Source: Mobula hypostoma
Lineage: Eukaryota
Direction: 5' to 3'
DNA length: 64,000 nucleotides
NCBI RefSeq assembly: GCF_963921235.1
Contig: NC_086119.1
Location: 19,096,001-19,160,000 of the forward strand
Below are positions 50,073 through 61,908 of the stretch, piece after piece; the stretch's first letter is position 1; the number at the start of each line of letters is the position of its first letter. Position numbers and translations under genes: made by a program. Under the pieces are notes generated by a model. The model searched no databases. It was not told the origin of the DNA and saw nothing but the letters and a program-made list of their open reading frames with translations.

Positions 50073-50352
50073 TCAGTACAGAAGCGCTGTGGTTAGCGCA
50101 GCGCGTTACAGTATCAGCAACCCGGGCTCACTTCCTGCCACTGCCTGTAAGGAGTTTGCACATTCTCCGTGTGACCCCATGGGTTTCCTCCAAGTGCTCT
50201 GGTTTCCTCCGACAGTCTAAAGACATACTGGTTGGTACGTTAATTTGTCATCATAAATTGTCCCATGATTAGGCTATGCTTAAATCGGGAGATTGCTAGG
50301 TGCCATGGCTTGAAGGTCTGGAAGGGCCGATTCCACAATGTTTGTCAAAAAT
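50073..50352 (+). mobile_element. V-SINE (HE1-like)
   Basis: gggtttcctccaagtgctctggtttcctcc V-domain. Confidence 0.85.
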
Positions 50353-50391
50353 AAAGAAATAAAGCTGTCCTCAGTTTGGAAATGGATTTTC

Positions 50392-50459
50392 CTGGATTTT
50401 CCCAACATTTTTTATGCCATGGCCCAACACCGTCATGGACCGCAGGCTGGGAACCCCTA
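50392..50459. mobile_element. hAT MITE (same family as 19050, 20153 and 56228)
   Basis: ttcccaac...gggaacccct. Confidence 0.6.
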
Positions 50460-51871
50460 CTCTAGATTCAGGAGTGTGATGTGAACCCAAAACTTTATCT
50501 CTCAAGGCCAATGATAGCCTTGCCTCAGAATTTAATCCCTGGTGGGTCACCAAAATACTTTTAATAACGCTGAGTACCGCTTGTTCTGTTCAGAGACCGA
50601 CTGAGCACATTGCAAACATTTGTGTCCTTCAGCTTGAACAGTAAAACAAAAGCTGAGTATGTGACTAATATAGAGTTGAAGTGTCCGTTATTTAATTGTG
50701 CAATTTTCAGACAGTACTTCTTTGGATAAAGAGAAAAAAAATATAAACTTTTGTTTTTAAGCAGAGTGCTTAGGTGCTTAGCTGTCTTTCATGAACATTT
50801 AAATCAGCCCCTTCCCCTACATTGTCAGATTTCCGAACGGTTCTTGAACATTACTTTATTGTACCTTTTATTTATTTTGTAATTTATATTTATTTCCTGT
50901 CTTTGCACTGTGCTGCTGCCGCAGAACAACACACTTCACATCATATAACACAGTAAAAATAAACCTGATTGTGATCTATTGGTGTGTCACGCAATGTCTT
51001 GCATGTAGGCACCCTGAGGGAAGCTGCATCTCTGAAGTATAAGAATATGAATCTCAGGCATTGCCTTCATTTTAAATAGACTGAAGCTGAGGTACAATAG
51101 AGTTATGTGCTGGACCACCTTCTACCACAAACTTGTACATTCTGGTACTCAGCACTGAAGACCATCATGAATTTGTTTTTTTTTTGGCTTTGCTGTCATC
51201 TATATTTAATGCTTATCTCAAACTAGTTATGACTCATTCACAGAGGCCGATATTCAGTTACAAGTGCTAGTATTACAATGAAAGGATCCCTTCAGTTAGA
51301 ATGTAATTGGGCTGCAGTCTGGATTGTGAATACTTCCAGAGATATTTTCTCTTTTCATGGTATTCATTTCCCCCTACGTCCAGAAATAATGAGGCCTTGA
51401 CTAAAGTATTATAAACACGCAATCCCCTTCGTTGCTGGAGCCCGCTATGTTTGCCAGAATGAATGACTGAATGCTGGTTGGTTACAATGGCAGCCCGCGG
51501 ATGAGCAGCTCCTGACTGCCTTTTGCCAGTCTACCCTATTCCAGGGCAGCAACACTTCTTGCTGCTTTGTTCCGGGGTTATAATTGGCATACAAAGCCAT
51601 TTGTGTATTGAGAGGTCACCCTGCCGCAGGGAAATTAGACAGTGATATGGAATGCCTCATTATTGGGAAAGATGCGCATATCTGTAACATGATGGGGAAA
51701 TCCCAGATCAATTTCCATGATGATGCTATAATACAAGCAGGATATTAAGCCACTCAGATGATGAATTCAGGAATCAGAAGTATAAAGGGATTTGGGAATC
51801 CTAGTGCAGGATTCCCTGAAGTTTAATCTAGGAATTCCCTAAAATTTAACTGAGCTCATCTACATGAAACT

Positions 51872-52375
51872 TTGCTGCAGAAAAGCAGTATCCGTCATCA
51901 AAATCCTCACCACCCAGGCCATGCTGCTTTCTCACTGCTGCCATTAGGTAGAGGGTACAAGAGCCTCAGGACTCGCAGGTTCAAGAACAGTTACTACCCC
52001 TCAACCAGCAGGCTCTTGAACAGAACAGGATAACTGCACTCATTTAAGGACTCTTCTATCTTGCTATTCCATGCTTGTTATTTATTGCTATTTATTTATT
52101 ATCTGCATTTGCGCAGTTTGTTCACAGTTTACAGGTCCTACTTACAGTTACTGTTCTATAGATTTGCTAAGTATGCCTGCAGAAAAAAAATCTCTGCATT
52201 GTATGCGGCGGCATATATGTACTCCAATAATAAATTTGACTTTGACTTTAATTTGCAAGTTGAGTCAGTCATAATAAATGCAAATGCAATGTTAGCATTC
52301 ATTTCGAGAGGACTAGAATACAAAGAGGCCCGAAACATCAGCTGTTTATTCCTCTCCATAGATGCTGCCTGGTCT
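51872..52375 (+). mobile_element. Rex1 3' fragment followed by short CR1 and PLE fragments
   Basis: Homology to other copies in the window. Confidence 0.75.
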
Positions 52376-53429
52376 GCAGCAGTGATGCAGTTTCAGTGCC
52401 ATAGCCAATCCCACCACTCATGGCTGGATGTGCCACATCTGCTCATGGTGTCCAATATTTGCTCTTTGACACACATGCTGTCTGGTGTCGGGTGAAGGGG
52501 AGAAGGAGAGAAAGAACCGAAGAAGGGAAGGGAACAGGAGAAGGCTGGAAGGTAGGAAGGAAGTAGGGTAAGGACGCAGATGCGAGTTATATTTGGTTAC
52601 CCAGCAACAGAATGCCAGCTGCTTTTAGAAACTTGCATGGAGCCTCTTCAAGCTCAGTTACAACTTAAAAGCCTGGCATGCTTTCCTTGTCGTAACCTTA
52701 AGTGGCACCGCAGATAACTAGTACTCACCCTTCTGGATGTAGTAGGAATCTCATTTGGGCATTGTACTGAGCGCAGTTACACAATGCACCAAAAGATTGC
52801 GTGCAGATTGAGCCAAATAGCATTTAGTCATATTTCCAAATGATACACCGTAGACTCCACGCACTGCTTTATGAGGTGCTTTCCTCTCTCCCTCCCCCCC
52901 ACCCCCGCTGAACCCAACACCATTTAAATGGAGAACTCTTAATATTTTGGCAGCAAAGATTGATTGATGCAGGGGATATAATGAGGTACACATGTTTGTA
53001 ATTGTAAGCCTTCAGAAAACCTAACTTTGCACATGTATCGATAATTCTGCTGATTAACTGCGCAGATTTACAGGAGTCTGGGTGAGAATAAGTTATTTGA
53101 CAGGCTCGGGCTGCATTATAGGCCACAAGAGCAAGTTATATTGTCTTCCCTCTTGTTTTTAAGTATGTGCAACCAGTCTTAGTTGTCCGCTGCAGAATGC
53201 TGCAAAGCTATTATGTTAATACAGAATTAGAACATTCCTGGTCTTACATTGAGACTTATCTTTCTTATCTTGTGTTGGTCTGGAATTTTCAGAAGTTTTT
53301 ATTTTCGGTGTATTGCTTCAATGATTTGATAGATCCTGAACCTAAATGCAATGTCCCACCGGTATCAATTGCCAGGACTCTATATGTAGACCTCAGAGCC
53401 CCATGAACCACTACTATTAAAGCAACATG

Positions 53430-53727
53430 TTGGCACAGCCAGCGTAGCTGCTGCCTTACCTGAGTTCAATCCTGACATCGGGTGCTGTCTGTGTGGGGTC
53501 TGCACATACTCACTGTGACCACATAGACTTAGAACATAGAACGTAGAGGAGTTCAGAACAGGAACAGGCCATTCGTCCCACAGTGTTGTACTGAACCAGC
53601 TAAAAAGCAAACCAAAAACACCCAAACACTAATCCCTCCTACCTACACCATGTCCATATCCCTCCATCTTCCTTACATCCATGTGCCTATCCAATGAAAC
53701 TTAAAAGCCTCTAATGTATTTGCTTCT
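53430..53727. mobile_element. V-SINE head (plus) and CR1 3' tail (minus)
   Basis: gagttcaatcct B box; tagaacatagaac tail. Confidence 0.65.
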
Positions 53728-54312
53728 TCCTCTGTGTGCTCTGGTATCCTTCCTCCCATGTCCCAGACATGCGGGTGTTCTGTCCATTAATTGCCTCTGG
53801 TGCATGATGAGAATAAGATCTGGATGGAGCTGATGAGAATGTAGGAAGAATAATTTGCAGGGAAAATTAGTATGGAATGGAATTGCTCTGTGAGGCAACA
53901 GCAATTCACTGGGCTGATACAGGGGGCTTCTGTGTTGTAAGGAAATGAAGAATGTAAAGGCCAAAACTTGTTTACCCTGAGAATACATGGTTTGAAGCTT
54001 TCCTCTTCCTGCTCCATAAGGCAGTCTTGATTTCTGTCCTCTGGTTGTCCTCTTACGCAAAGTTGCAGTCTCAGTGAGAACTGTCCGACAGTTACCATGG
54101 GAACAGATAACCCTCTGAATAGTTCTTCCAGTTAATGATTCTTCAGCAGCATCTAATGTAAGGCTATTCTATTTTGACAGGATCAGTTTTAGATATGATT
54201 CTCATCTTCCTATGTACACAAGGGATCATCCGATGACAGTCAAGATTGAGAACTTTATTCTCCTGCCGTCCTAAGTAAACAAAGGCATCATACCTTTTAA
54301 TGTCATGCATCA

Positions 54313-54625
54313 CGGCAGCATAGTGGTTAGATTAACACTATACAGCGTCAGCTATAAGATTTGGATTCAATCCCTGATGCTGTCTGTAAGGAGTTTGTCC
54401 GTTCCCTCCAGAACTGCATGGGTTTCTTCCACACGCTCTGGTTCCCTCCCACATTCCAAAGTCGAATGGGTTAGTAAGTTGTGGGTCTGCTATGTTGGCA
54501 CCGGAATCATGGTGACACTTGTGGGCTGCCCCCAGCGCATCTCAGACTGTGTTGGTAGTTAATGGAAACAACACATTTCACTGCACTGAATGTTTCGATG
54601 TACACGTGTCAAATAAAGCTGATCT
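54313..54625 (+). mobile_element. V-SINE (HE1-like)
   Basis: tRNA head, V-domain and tail aaataaagct. Confidence 0.85.
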
Positions 54626-54664
54626 TTTTTCATCTAATCTGATTCAAAAAACTTCCCTGACTAA

Positions 54665-54797
54665 GGAGCAAATCTGCAGATACTGGAACTCTGAAATAAA
54701 AATCAAAGGTGCTGGAAACACTCAACAGGTCAGGCAGCTTCTGTGGAAAGCTAACCAGATAATCTTTAAGGTCTAAGATCACTCCATCAGGACTAGT
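54665..54797 (-). mobile_element. Older PLE pLTR end
   Basis: ctgcagatactgga..caggtcaggcagc..catcaggactag. Confidence 0.6.
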
Positions 54798-54875
54798 AAA
54801 AAAAAACTGTGGAGGAAATTTCTGGTGGAAGCCTTGTTGAAAATCAGAAGAGAAAGAGAAGGTTCACCATAGCCA

Positions 54876-54967
54876 CACACATCAAAGTTGCTGGTGAACG
54901 CAGCAGGCCAAGCAGCATCTATAGGAAGAGGCGCAGTCGACGTTTCAGGCCGAGACCCTTCGTCAGG
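54876..54967 (-). mobile_element. Young ~92-bp PLE mini-insertion with intact hammerhead core (54934-54969) and 10-bp TSD
   Basis: TSD accatagcca at 54866-54875 and 54968-54977; near-identical to 46460-46554. Confidence 0.9.
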
Positions 54968-55562
54968 ACCATAGCCATTGCCTTCTGGGGCTTACAAGAA
55001 ACAGAAGCTTAAATTCTGTGAATATTGAAGACTTCATACTTGCTTTAAGCTGGTTAAGGCAAGGACTGTGCATTATATTTTATCAGCTGTCAGTAAGAAT
55101 GTAGCATCAGTAGACTATAGATGTAGCCATCCTGGTAGGGCAAGGGCTGAATTTTAGATACACATTTTTTTTAGAACCTTGAATAGCCAGTATTGTGCTT
55201 TGTGAATCTATAGAGCTCCCCAGTGATCTGCACAGGATGACTTTAGTACTCCCTCATTAAAACTGCCATATGTAGCATACTGTTACATCCATACTGTTTT
55301 AAGAAGCCAATTAACCACTGCACCTCAACACATTTCAGTGTGTGAGAAATGAACAGTGAATAGGCTGTCCGCAGCAGTGGAATGCATGGATCATTAATCT
55401 GTGTTTTTTCACAAATCAGCAAATCTCCAATTCTTTCGTGAACCATTATTTACCTGGTAGGGTGAGGGGCACTCCAGTTGGAAGGGAAAACAATGTGATA
55501 CCTACAGAAAGTATGGATGTTGGGTGCAGCACAACGTGAATATTCTTCTTTGAGGATCGTCA

Positions 55563-55945
55563 GGTTGTCATGGTGGAGAGGCCAATGAGTTCCTGAGATC
55601 CCGAGAGTGACGCTGTCTGGATCTTAGCTCCTGGTACTTTCACCCATGGCGGTAAGGTCAAGGGAGACCATCCAGACAAAGGATGATCCATCCAAGACCT
55701 CAGCAGTGGAGCTGGTGGAAGATGATGACGCGTCACAAGGACAGTGAAGGCGGAGGAAAGCTACAGCAGTGAAGGGTCTTGCATTCCACGTCACTGAACC
55801 CTGATCCCAATCTGTCAAGAGCCACATGTGGCTGCCCGTGCAGCAGACTCCCCACATTAAACAAAGTCACGTAGAGGCGTTCTCCGGTAAGGGAATAACC
55901 CCTCAGAAGAACATCGTCAACATCTCAATCACACTACACTACTGT
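55563..55945 (+). mobile_element. RTE (Expander/Rex3-like) 5'UTR-derived element
   Basis: ttgtcatggtggagagg..gatccc.agag..ctcctggta..cccatggc..ccagacaaag resembles the recalled Expander 5'UTR. Confidence 0.55.
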
Positions 55946-56227
55946 GGCGACTTTTCCCTCTGGCATAATGATGCTTATTGACTGGACTTGTGCGTTAAAA
56001 ATATGTACATGGCCATGCCAGAGAGACTCTGACGTTCGAAGGGCTGGATCCAAGGAGCAGTGTGTGTCTGGAGAGCTGAAGTTCAGTGTAAATGAGGTAG
56101 AAAGGAATAAAGTAACATCCCAAGCCATTCTAGAATTGTGTTTTTGAATGCTTTTTTCCTTCATTACATCTTATTACCTCATTAACAACAAAATCCCTTT
56201 CTGATCTGTAATGTACAAATGAATGTC

Positions 56228-56307
56228 CAGAGTTCCCAACTTCTTTTACACTGCCGACCCCTACCATAAACCAAGGGGTCCGTGGACCCGAGGTTGGGAA
56301 CCCCTGC
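56228..56307. mobile_element. hAT MITE
   Basis: cagagttcccaac...gttgggaacccctg. Confidence 0.75.
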
Positions 56308-56528
56308 CAGAAGCAAACACAAGATGAGGTTCAATTCATATAACCCACTTTGCTCCATATTTAGGTGAATGAATCACCTTCTCTAACTTTGAACAACTGC
56401 TAAGTTATTTTCATACAAAGGTATTGAATACTCTTCCACTCGAGGTCACTTTCCCTAAATGAAGCAAAAGTCCTGTATATTTTGTCCAGAATTGAAGTTA
56501 CACCTTCTTAAAGATTAACATTATTAGA

Positions 56529-56988
56529 GATTAGAGGTTGTCACGTGTACATGGAAACATACAATAAGATACGATGTTATGCCAGAGGGAAAAGTCGCCA
56601 CAGTAGTGTAGTGTGATTGAGACGTTGATGATGTTCTTCTGAGGGGTTATTCCCTTACCGGAGAACGCCTCTATGTGACTTTGTTTAATGTGGGGAGTCT
56701 GCTGCACGGGCAGCCACACGTGGCTCTTGACAGATTGGGATCAGGGTTCAGTGACGTGTTAACGATCTATGCAGTCCGAGGATTGTTCTGGAGCAGCCCG
56801 CAGGTGTTGCAATGATTCCAGCACCAACATAGCGTTCCCACAACTTACTAACCCTAACCTGTGCATCTTTGGAATGTGGGAGGACACTGGAACAAAATCC
56901 TCACGGTTACAGGGAAAGTGTACTGCCTTACAGACAGTGACCGGTAATCTCTGGTGCTGTAAAATGATTGCACTAACCACTATGCTGT
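56529..56988 (-). mobile_element. V-SINE interrupted by a 182-bp inverted duplication (56577-56758)
   Basis: Flanks are collinear with the V-SINE copies at 18178 and 49411. Confidence 0.8.
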
Positions 56989-57254
56989 TGTATCATCTCT
57001 TTATCTCGAGTCTCCCATCTGTCATAGCTTTTATTGCCTGTCTTTTTGATGGGTGTATCTGCCTTTCTCCAGCACTGTGCACATCGACAGAGAAGCAGGA
57101 CATTTGCTAGAACGGTGATGACACTAAACCAGAAAGTATTGACAGCACACAAAGGGTACAACGGCTCTGCACCATCCCACTGCTGTTTTAGACTTAACTT
57201 CCCCACAAGGAACCTGCAGGAGTCCACTTTGGAATCTCCTGGATGTGAGAACCC

Positions 57255-57530
57255 TTAGACAGGCACATGGATGACAGAAAAATTGGAGGCTACGTAGAAG
57301 GGAAGTGTTAGATTGACCTTGGAGTGGATTAAAAGATCGGCACAAAGGGTTTGTTCAGCGCTGCAATGTTCTATGTGAAGACCGTAAGACAGAGAAGTAG
57401 AATTAGGCCATTCAGCCCATTGAGTCTACTCTGTCATTCCATTACGGTTTATTTATTACCCTCTCTCCTGACTTCTCCCCCTATCCTTTAACACCCTTTC
57501 TCTTCAAGAACCTATCAACCTCCGCTTCTA
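57255..57530. mobile_element. Two tail-to-tail CR1 3' ends
   Basis: Plus tail ..atgttctatgt; minus tail aagaccgtaagac..aattaggccattcagcccat. Confidence 0.75.
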
Positions 57531-58086
57531 TGGAATCATTTGAGAGCTCTTTTCAAATTGCCCTGACAATTAATGAACTCTTTCTAGTCTGAACTCTGAA
57601 AAAGCCCATTTGGTTCTGCACATTAACTACTCTGAGTTGAGATGCCTTTTAAAATATCAAAAGTAGATGAATATATTTAAGAAAAGTGCATGTTTTTTTT
57701 AAAAGAAAAATCGCATTTCCTCTTCTGAAAATATTTCTACATTTCTATTCTAAAATCCTCAAATCATGGCAGCATTCCACTTCATTTTAAAGCATATTAG
57801 TTCCCTTCTGATTCATTAACTGAGTAATTGTAACATTTACGGTGCTTGTTTCCCAGAGTGAAAGTAGATTTGATTTATGAGAAGCACAGCTACAGTACAA
57901 GCATCGGGCGCTGAAGGTCTATGTATATCAGAGACAAATGGGTTTTACTATGGTTCATCATTCTAAGTTTGTTACCTGAAAGTCTGCAACTGGGTTCCAA
58001 ATAAACTTTGGGGCATTCATTCCTTTTATGTCAACCCCAACCACATTTATTTTGATATCTTCCCGTATCAGATTAACAGAATATTT

Positions 58087-58292
58087 TAAAAGCACAAACA
58101 ACAGGAATTCTGCAGATGCTGGAAATTCAAGCAACGCACATCAAAGTTTCTGGTGAACGCAGCAGGCCAGGCAGCATCTCTAGGAAGAGGTACAGTCGAC
58201 GTTTCAGTCTCGGCCTGAAACGTCGACTGTACCTCTTCCTAGAGATGCTGCCTGGCCTGCTGCGTTCACCAGCAACTTTGATGTGTGTTGCG
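58087..58292. mobile_element. Young palindromic PLE mini-element with 14-bp TSD
   Basis: 77-bp arms 58131-58207 / 58215-58291 with 2 mismatches; TSD ttaacagaatattt at 58073-58086 and 58293-58306. Confidence 0.92.
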
Positions 58293-58459
58293 TTAACAGA
58301 ATATTTCCTGTTTTTACAGAAGGGGTTTTTAAATGCCCAACTCTCTCCTTGCTGAACGAAAGCTAAGCAGAGCCAAGATTATGTTGGAGTGGGACAAATG
58401 TTCCCACCCTGCCTCAGCAGCTCAGGGTTCCAGCCTGAACTGTGCAGTACTCTCATAGA

Positions 58460-59355
58460 GCCATACGACATGGAACCAAGCGTTCAGTCCAATTCGTCCA
58501 TGTCAACCAACATGCCCATTTCAGGTCATCTCAATTGCCAGAGTTTGACCCATATTTCGCTAAACCTTTCCCATCATTATACACATCCCAATGTCTTTTA
58601 AATGTTGTTATTGTACCTGCTGGGTGGCAGGGTGGAGATGCGTCTCAACCAAAGGAGGTGTAAGGCGCTGCTTCCCTCCACTAGCCTGCAGGTCACCCTT
58701 GGGCAAGGTGTAGCACCTGCTTAGCCCCCCAAACAGGGTCATGTGAAGCCATGGGAGCATGTATTGGATGGTCGTGTGAGCAGTTGGTGCATATCACAAG
58801 TCCTGGTTATGCAACTACTAACGCCAGGCAGACAGTCTCTGAGGATTATGAATGGCTGGGGTCATCTGTCTTGTAAAGTCACTGCCAAGAAAAATGCAGT
58901 GGAAATCCACTTCTGTAGAAAAATTTGCCAAGAACAATCATGGTCATAGACCTTGATCGCCCACATCATAAAACACAGCATATAATGATGATGATGATTG
59001 TACCTGCCTCTACCACTTTCTCTGGCAACTCATTCCAGATGCCTACATCTATATATGTTACTTTGTAGAAAATATTGTACCTCAGGTTCCTATTAAATCT
59101 TTCCCCTCTCACCTTAAACCTATGCTCTCTTCTTCTTGAATCTTCAACCTTGGGTGGGGGTAGGGTGTCGGAGAGGGCAGGTGGGTACAGTGCATGTACC
59201 CTCATTTTTTTTTCCTGTACATCTCTTTAAGGTAACCTCTCAGTCTTCTACACCCCAAGCATTCAAGTTCTGGCCTGCCCAACCTCTCCCTATAACTCAG
59301 TCTTTTGAGTCCTGGCAACAACCTCATACAATCTTTTCTGCTCTCTTTCCAACGT
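58460..59355 (-). mobile_element. CR1 LINE 3' fragment with nested element
   Basis: REHRFKVRGERF..GIWNELPEKVVEAGT; LPGLKRLSYRERL. Confidence 0.8.
58621..58996 (+). mobile_element. Full-length RTE-tailed non-autonomous element with 11-bp TSD
   Basis: TSD attgtacctgc at 58610-58620 and 58997-59007; (atg)n tail; second copy at 34543-34920. Confidence 0.88.
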
Positions 59356-59532
59356 AATGGTGCCAATACAGCAAGTGTCAGCTCACCAACAAGTGTTCCA
59401 AGTGAGTTTAGCAATGTCTGTAACCTCCAGCTCCAGTTTTGCTCCCTCACCTAATGAAGCCTGGATAGCAAGAAGAGCTTATGCAGGAATACCCCAGTAA
59501 TATCCTCCCCAAACCCAAGTCTTTACAAGACA

Positions 59533-59772
59533 GGTAGCACAATAGCGTGGCAGTTGGTGCATCATTTTACAGCGTCAGAAACCTGGGTTCAATTCCTGCC
59601 ATTGACTGTAAGGAGTTTCTATGTTCTCCCCATGACCGCGTGGATTCCTCCTGGTGCTCTGGTTTCCTCCCATATTCCAAAGACATACGAGTTATTAGGT
59701 GAATTAGTCTCATCGGTGTAATTAGGCTTGTTGAGCCAGAAGTCACTGTTACCATGTTGTTTTTCTAAATTA
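59533..59772 (+). mobile_element. V-SINE (HE1-like)
   Basis: B box gggttcaattcc, V-domain. Confidence 0.85.
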
Positions 59773-60214
59773 AATTAAAATTTTAAAAAATTTAAGACCT
59801 TTGCTATCCCGGAATCTTCACAATAACCATCACCCTTCCCTTTGCCACAGGCCCAACCGCTTCTTTCAAACTAATCTTTTTGTGAATTTCCAGGTTTGAG
59901 AAGCAGTCTAAATACGTGAAAAATGTTGATGACTTGTGTGAATAATAATTCAGCTAACCTGTTTGCCCATCCCAAGAACTATACACAAATCATTTGCCTT
60001 GCTTTAAAGCTGTCACGGGCTTTCCTTGATTTTTAACCACAGAAAAACAACCTCTTAGATTGTGGTCAAAAGATCTACTCACAGTAAATTTTATACCTCC
60101 CAGCCAATCAGATCTACTCTTTTTCTGGGAAGCATTTGTCAGGCAAGTATATAAGCCTATTTGTTTCAGTCTTTGTTAGCCAGAGCCCTATTTTAAAGAG
60201 AAACAGAGGAATTG

Positions 60215-60732
60215 GCAGGTGGGGCAGCATTCAGGGGGAGAGAAGTGGGTCCAACTTTTTGAGACAAGGTCCTTTCACCAGAATGGAAAAGTGAGTAAAG
60301 AAATGTGATGACGTTAGAGAGAGACGAAAGAGTGGATAGAACAAAGGGAATGTCTGTGATAGTTTGTAGACCAAAAATGACCAGAGAAGGAGAAGAAACA
60401 AATTGAAATAAAAAGTAACAGGGATATTTGTAGAGGTTTTAATGTAACTACTCCCACTTCCTATTTTTCACTCTCTCTTCACAAATTTGGCTACATCGTT
60501 CTATTTAGATCTTCCTTAATTTCTCCCTACTATCTCCAACAGCTGCCTTTTAATATCATTACTACTTGATAATATTGGACCACAGCCCTCTATTCTCTGC
60601 ATCTCAAAATACACTTTATTCTCTCACTTTTCCAGTTTAGATAAAGTCTTTGACTCGAAATATCAACTCTTTTTCTCTCTCCACATATGCTATTTGGCCT
60701 GCTGTGCACTGCTAGAATTTTCTGTTTTGTTC
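60215..60732. mobile_element. Old inverted pair of PLE pLTRs
   Basis: Purine-rich then pyrimidine-rich halves with decayed hammerhead remnants (~60250-60285, ~60630-60670). Confidence 0.45.
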
Positions 60733-60733
60733 A

Positions 60734-61118
60734 TATGGAACATAGAACATTATGACACAGTACAGGCCATTTGGCCGATGATGTTGTTCCAACATTTCAA
60801 TATACTCTAAGATCAACCTAATCTTCCCTCTTACATGGCCATCCATTTTTCTATCACCCATGTGCCTATCTAAGAGTTTCTTAAATGTCCCTAATCTAAC
60901 TGCCTCTACCACCACCCCTGGCAGGGTATTCAACACAGCCACCAATCTCTCCATAAAGAAATTACCTCCGACATCCCTCCTACACTTTCCTCCAAAGACC
61001 TTAAAATTATGCCCCCTCATATTAGCAATTTCTGTGCTGGAAATGTCTCTGGCTGTCCACTCGATCTGTGCCTCTTATCATCTTGTACATCTCTATCAAG
61101 TCACCTCTCATCCTCCAC
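60734..61118 (-). mobile_element. CR1 LINE 3' fragment
   Basis: MRGHNFKVFGG..NFFMERLVAVLNTLPGVVVEA. Confidence 0.9.
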
Positions 61119-61399
61119 TTATTTTCAGATCTGCAGCTTCTTAGGTTAAAATTTAGTATCAGAAGTTCTGCTTTTTCTCTTCAGAAATCTCATTATGGAC
61201 CATTGATCTTTGCTTCCCAGTAATTATGTCATTGATGAATGTGTGGGCTACATATAATCAATATTATATTTTTATATTAAAATTATATTATCCTTAATTC
61301 TTACCTGAGACAATATTGTTGAGATGCTAAAAATGATTTCAGTCTCCTTGAATGAGGGACCCAACCTATTTACTCTCATACCACCTTACTATAATTGCA

Positions 61400-61908
61400 A
61401 CTCTTTAAAACTCTGGTTAGGCCACACTTGAAATACTTTTTTCATTTATGGTCACCTCACCATAGGAAGGGTGTGGAAGCATTGGAGTCAGTACAGAGGA
61501 GATTTACCAGGATGATGCTTGTCTTATGAGGATAGATTGATTGAGGTAGGGCTTTTCTCTTTGGAGAGGAGGACGAGAGGTGACTTGACAGAGCTGTACA
61601 AGATGATGATGCAGAGCCAGAAGACAGCCAGAGACCTTTTCTCAGGGTGGATGTCTAATACCCTAACGTTAAGGTGATTGGAGGAAAGTATGGAGGGATG
61701 TCAGAGGCAGGTTTTTTTTACATGGAAAAGGGTGCAGTTAGATGAATAGAACATGCTGCCAGAAGCATTAGGGGCATTTAAGAGACTCTTAGACACATGG
61801 AGGATAGAAAAATGAAATGTGGGAGGGTAGGATTAGACTGATTTTGAAGTAGGTTACAGAGTCTGTCCGTCATGAGCCTGTACTGTGCTGTACTGTCCTA
61901 TGTTCTAT
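61400..61908 (+). mobile_element. CR1 LINE 3' fragment
   Basis: Homologous to 7918-8438. Confidence 0.85.

Noticed and set aside
58621-58730. HDV-like ribozyme at the 5' end of the RTE-tailed element (GGGUGGC/GUCACCC pairing, AGGUG/CACCU hairpin)
   Set aside because: The L3 loop would be ~16 nt and no P2 could be assigned; insufficient by eye.
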